A stretch of DNA of 19,805 nucleotides, taken from contig CAZHPN010000116.1 of NCBI GenBank assembly GCA_964534375.1, forward strand, positions 1-19,805, read 5' to 3'. How positions within the stretch are numbered: the stretch's first letter is position 1; each line of letters begins with the position of its first letter. The notes below the pieces were generated by a model. That model had not been told where the DNA came from and made no database searches. It saw nothing but the letters and a program-made list of their open reading frames with translations. Below, piece after piece: positions 16,138-19,805 of this stretch. Source of the stretch: an uncultured bacterium (lineage in GTDB: Bacteria > Lernaellota > Lernaellaia > Lernaellales > Lernaellaceae). The translations under genes and the position numbers were made by a program.

Positions 16138-17019
16138 TCAGCGGGCGCAGCGGAAGCCGATGGCCTCGGTCCCATCCCATGGGGGAAGGGCATACCGTTG
16201 CGACGCGCGGTCTTCCACGGGCGGCTCGTGCCACGAGCCGCCGCGCAGCACACGCATCAGGCCGGCGTCGGGACCCGGCGGGTTCGCCGCCGGCGCCGCC
16301 GCATAGTAATATTTCCCGTACCAGTCGGCCGTCCATTCCCAGACGTTGCCGCTGATGTCGCACAAGCCAAAGGCGTTGCGCGCGAACGAGCACACCGGCG
16401 AGGTCCCGACATACCCGTCATCGTAGTCATCGAAGATGCGCCATTCGGGGTAAACCCTCTTCGCGCTTTCGTCGGCGTAATTCCCGAAGTTGGCCGGCGG
16501 CGTGGCGCCGTCGCCCCACGGATAAATGGTGTCGTTCAGATTGCCGCGCAACACATACTCGTATTCGGCTTCGGTCGGCAGGCGATTGCCGGACCACCGG
16601 CAGAAGCTTTCGGCGTCGTTCCAATCCACGCCGTTGACCGGATAGTTGTCGCGGCCGTATTTCTCCCAATTGAAAAGCTCGCCGCTGCCGTTGGGGATGT
16701 TGCAGACCAGATCGCGGACGCATTCCTGATACTCGGCCACCGTCACCGCGTGCTCGTCCAGCCAAAAGCCGCCGACCGTGACGCGATGGGCGGGCTTTTC
16801 GTCAGGGCGGCATTGGTCGTCGGCCGCGACGCAACCCATCAAGAAACTGCCGCCGCGAATTTGCACCATGCCGGTTGGCGCCGCCAACGAGCCGGGCGGC
16901 GCGTTCAGCGACGCCGCCGGCGCGGGCCGGGTCGTATCGCCCTGGGCGAAAACGAGCGAAACCATCAATAACAATGCCAAGAATCCAGCGCTGGCGCCGA
17001 TGCGTGATTTACTTTTCAT
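16138..17019 (-). CDS. Exported formylglycine-generating enzyme (FGE-sulfatase/SUMF1)-fold protein (293 aa)
   Basis: F.MG...DE.P.H.V, VT..EY, PV..V.W.DA..FC.W...RLPTEAE.EY, YPWG, N.FGL.D.SGNVWEW, RGGSW, GFRCAR. N-terminal signal peptide. Confidence 0.9.
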   Translation of the reverse strand: MKSKSRIGASAGFLALLLMVSLVFAQGDTTRPAPAASLNAPPGSLAAPTGMVQIRGGSFLMGCVAADDQCRPDEKPAHRVTVGGFWLDEHAVTVAEYQECVRDLVCNIPNGSGELFNWEKYGRDNYPVNGVDWNDAESFCRWSGNRLPTEAEYEYVLRGNLNDTIYPWGDGATPPANFGNYADESAKRVYPEWRIFDDYDDGYVGTSPVCSFARNAFGLCDISGNVWEWTADWYGKYYYAAAPAANPPGPDAGLMRVLRGGSWHEPPVEDRASQRYALPPWDGTEAIGFRCAR

Positions 17020-17251
17020 TGGTGAACCCCTCGCGGCGCGAACGACAGCGTCCGGTTGGACGCCGCGTCGCATACGGCCGCCGTCGCGCATCCGCTGCGC
17101 AACGCCTTGACGGCAAAAACCTAATCACCGGGGCGCGCGCAAGCCAACGGCGGCCGGCGCCCTGCGGCGCGACGGCGGGGTTCGCTTGCGTCGCCGGAGC
17201 GCCGTTGGTAGATTGACGGCGCGGTCGATCCGCCCGGATGAGGGAAAATCG

Positions 17252-17740
17252 ATGAAAGAAATAATCGGGCGCATTTTTACGTTCTTTCGCGACGATTTCT
17301 TTCCGCATCTCAGTTACTACCTGTTGCAGGTTTTCCTCGTCGTATTGCTGGTGATCGTGTTCGCCGGCATCAACATTTTTGTGCGGTTCGTCACGGATCC
17401 GCTCTGCATCAAGGTGCTGCGCATGAGGGAGGACCGCCGCGGTCCCGGCTTCGTCGGGTTGTTCTTCTCGACGATCATCATGGCGCTTCTCTTGATCTAC
17501 TCGTATGCGCATTTTCCGCAGATGCGGCCGACCGTGGTCGGTTGGGTCGGCGGCAAGCTGCAACAGGCAGTCGTCCGGGACGAATTGCCCGACCTGATCG
17601 CGCCGGCGGCGGACAGCCCGGCCGCGAAACCGGCCGACGAGCCGGCCCCGGCCGCGAAAGCCGCAGGCAAGAACGCGCCGGCCGGCGCCGCGCCGCTTGA
17701 CCGGACCGCGAAAAAAGCACAGCCGCCGCCGGGCCTCTGA
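17252..17740 (+). CDS. Hypothetical membrane protein with two predicted TM helices and Ala/Pro-rich tail (162 aa)
   Basis: ATG 17252 with GAGGGA. Hydrophobic segments LLQVFLVVLLVIVFAGINIFV and FVGLFFSTIIMALLLIYSY. Confidence 0.75.
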   Translation: MKEIIGRIFTFFRDDFFPHLSYYLLQVFLVVLLVIVFAGINIFVRFVTDPLCIKVLRMREDRRGPGFVGLFFSTIIMALLLIYSYAHFPQMRPTVVGWVGGKLQQAVVRDELPDLIAPAADSPAAKPADEPAPAAKAAGKNAPAGAAPLDRTAKKAQPPPGL

Positions 17741-17764
17741 GCTGGGCGTCCCGAGGAATCCGTC

Positions 17765-18688
17765 GTGGAAAACAAAGAACTCGTCGCCGACATCAAGAAA
17801 ATTCTGGCGGAGCGGCGCGGCCTCTGGCTGGCGCACAACTACCAGCGGCCCGAGGTGCAGGACGCGGCCGATCTGACGGGCGACTCGCTCGCCCTCTCGC
17901 TCGCGGCGTCGCGGACCGACGCCGAGTGGATCGTCTTTTGCGGCGTGCATTTCATGGCGGAATCCGCCGCCATTCTCTCGCCGAGCAAGCGCGTGATTTT
18001 GCCCGAACTGAACGCCGGCTGCCCGATGGCCAACATGATTACGGCCGAGCAACTCATCGAGCAGAAAAAGAAACTCGATCCGGACACGACGATCGTGACC
18101 TACGTCAATTCGACGGCCGCGGTGAAAGCCGAGTCGGACATCTGCTGCACAAGCGCCAACGCGGCGCGCGTGGTCGCGGCCGCGCCGACCGGCAAGGTGT
18201 TTTTCGCGCCCGATCAGAATCTGGCGCAGTGGACGGCCGCGCGCACCGAAAAAGAGGTCGCCTGGTGGCCCGGCTATTGCCATGTCCATCACCACCTGCG
18301 CGCGGCGCACATTCTGGCGGCGAAAGCCGCACACCCCGACGCCGTCGTAATCGTGCACCCCGAATGCCGGCCGGAAGTCACGGCCCTGGCCGACGTGGTC
18401 GCCTCGACGTCGGGCATGCTGAACTGGGCGAAGACGGCGAAGGCCGGAAAAGCGCTCGTCGGCACGGAAATCGGCATGCTGCATCCGTTGCGCAAGGCCA
18501 ATTCGGCGGTGCGGTTTATTCCGATCGAGCCGGACATTCAAGTTTGCGGCAATATGAAATTGACCACGCTGGAGTCGGTGGCCGCGGCGCTGCACGATCC
18601 GGAGGCGCACACGGTGACCGTGCCGCCCGAAATCCAGGCGCGCGCGCGGCGGGCGCTGGACCGGATGCTGGCGATTCCGGCGGATTGA
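17765..18688 (+). CDS. nadA: Quinolinate synthase NadA (307 aa)
   Basis: LAHNYQ.PEVQD.AD.TGDSL.L, FCGVHFMAESA, three 4Fe-4S Cys (GCPMA, CHVH, CGNMK), YVNSTAAVKA, VHPEC, GTEIG. GTG start with GAGGA. Confidence 0.97.
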   Translation: MENKELVADIKKILAERRGLWLAHNYQRPEVQDAADLTGDSLALSLAASRTDAEWIVFCGVHFMAESAAILSPSKRVILPELNAGCPMANMITAEQLIEQKKKLDPDTTIVTYVNSTAAVKAESDICCTSANAARVVAAAPTGKVFFAPDQNLAQWTAARTEKEVAWWPGYCHVHHHLRAAHILAAKAAHPDAVVIVHPECRPEVTALADVVASTSGMLNWAKTAKAGKALVGTEIGMLHPLRKANSAVRFIPIEPDIQVCGNMKLTTLESVAAALHDPEAHTVTVPPEIQARARRALDRMLAIPAD

Positions 18689-18696
18689 ACGGGGTT

Positions 18697-19212
18697 TTAC
18701 AGCGTACGGACTCTGCGGATCTGCGCGTTGATCGTCTTGATCGTGTCTTCGGCGGAGTCGAGCCAACTTTCGGCCCCGGGGCTGACCATCTCGGCCAGCC
18801 GATCGCCTTCCATCACGCGGATTTTTTCGCCGATGACCGCGCCGCCCAGCGGAATCGGGCGCATGCGGCCGTAATCGAAACGTTCGACGAGATAATGACT
18901 CGCGCCCGCGCGGCGGGTGAAGAAATACAACATCCGATCCGTGGCGAGCAGCACCGTTTCGACCTGACCGCGCTGGCCGCAGGCGGCGAGCACAAGTTCA
19001 TCCTTTTCCAGCGTGACGTCGCCGAGACCGAGCACTTCCTGGTACGGCACTTCGTAATTCTTGATCGGCCCGCCCTGGTTCTCTAGTCGCTGCATGATGG
19101 TGACGTCATCGATCGAGAGCGGCAGGACGGCGTCTTTCACCGCAAAACGCAGGATCGCCAGCACGACAAACGCACCGAACATCGCCAGCGCCACAATCGT
19201 TAAATTCGACAT
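18697..19212 (-). CDS. Hypothetical protein with N-terminal membrane anchor (171 aa)
   Basis: Hydrophobic N-terminus. Fills the gap between nadA and the ACT gene. E..L.A......LLATDRMLYF pattern is reminiscent of bacterial PH-like domains (weak). Confidence 0.7.
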   Translation of the reverse strand: MSNLTIVALAMFGAFVVLAILRFAVKDAVLPLSIDDVTIMQRLENQGGPIKNYEVPYQEVLGLGDVTLEKDELVLAACGQRGQVETVLLATDRMLYFFTRRAGASHYLVERFDYGRMRPIPLGGAVIGEKIRVMEGDRLAEMVSPGAESWLDSAEDTIKTINAQIRRVRTL

Positions 19213-19259
19213 GCGGCCAACCCGTCGACGAGCATTGCCCCTCGTCCGTGCGAATTCAT

Positions 19260-19673
19260 TCAGGCCCGACCGGGAATCGTCGAGATAATGTGCCGGGCCA
19301 ATTCGTTGTCGGAGGTTTCCAGCACCACTTTCGTGCGCTCCGCCGAGGCGCCGGTCGCATAGGAATTGATCACGTCGATGTTCGCCTCCGACAGCGTGCG
19401 CAACAGGGCGACCAGGCTGCCCGGCCGATTCATCAATTCGACGGCGAGCGCCGTCGTCGTTTCCACCGCGAAGCCGCTTTCAATGAGCGCCGCGCGCGCC
19501 CGCTCGACCGGGTCTTCGATGATGATGCGGAAATGCGCCTCGCCTTGCGCTTCCCAGCCGTTGAACGCCAGAACGTTGACGCCAAGCCCCACCAGGGCCG
19601 AGAACAGCCGGCCGCCCGCGCCGAGTTCGTTGACGGTCCGCACGTGCAATTCGTTATGCAGCGTCGCATTCAT
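19260..19673 (-). CDS. Tandem ACT-domain protein (137 aa)
   Basis: Two ACT repeats: V...NELG...RLFSAL...GVNVLAF and AVELMNRPGSLVALLRTLSEANIDV..SY. ATG 19673 with AGGAGG. Confidence 0.85.
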   Translation of the reverse strand: MNATLHNELHVRTVNELGAGGRLFSALVGLGVNVLAFNGWEAQGEAHFRIIIEDPVERARAALIESGFAVETTTALAVELMNRPGSLVALLRTLSEANIDVINSYATGASAERTKVVLETSDNELARHIISTIPGRA

Positions 19674-19805
19674 TCCCGCGCCTCCTACCGGTGGATCGCC
19701 CAAAAGAATAACCAAGCCGGCGGCAAAAGAAAACCCTGAAACGGCGCCGCCGCAGGGCGAACGCATCTAAATTCCGAGCAACTTTTTCAGGTAGTCCGGT
19801 TTCCA

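Noticed and set aside
17020..17251. Promoters or RNA element in the divergent FGE/membrane-protein gap
   Set aside because: TTGACG hexamers are present but there is no convincing -10 at proper spacing and no clear structure.

Overview
High-GC bacterial chromosomal window, mostly core genes; gene content (CFI-box-CTERM surface protein, FGE-like protein, FHA coiled-coil protein) suggests a Myxococcota/'Deltaproteobacteria'-like lineage, which is inference. Left to right: gyrA (-, no gyrB next to it), M24 Xaa-Pro peptidase (-), lipoprotein (-), recO (+), secreted poly-Pro protein (-), NYN/OST-HTH protein (-) divergent from lexA (+). A long minus-strand run follows, in transcription order: FGE-like protein, dapL, FN3/CFI-box-CTERM surface protein, outer-membrane beta-barrel, truA, coiled-coil/FHA protein, orphan C5 DNA methyltransferase, vsr. 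The vsr gene overlaps the 3' end of lexA tail-to-tail. The window ends with a membrane protein (+), nadA (+), a hypothetical protein (-) and a tandem-ACT protein (-). No rRNA, tRNA, CRISPR array or transposase was seen. Most notable: (1) a palindrome with perfect 15-bp arms over the lexA -10 region, core CGGT-N8-ACCG, a candidate unusual SOS box; (2) a compact NYN-lexA-vsr-dcm DNA-damage/methylation neighbourhood with no restriction enzyme; (3) a translationally coupled CFI-box-CTERM protein plus beta-barrel pair with its own promoter covered by two palindromes; (4) an FHA domain lacking the phosphothreonine-binding residues; (5) an intergenic heptamer-repeat hairpin.
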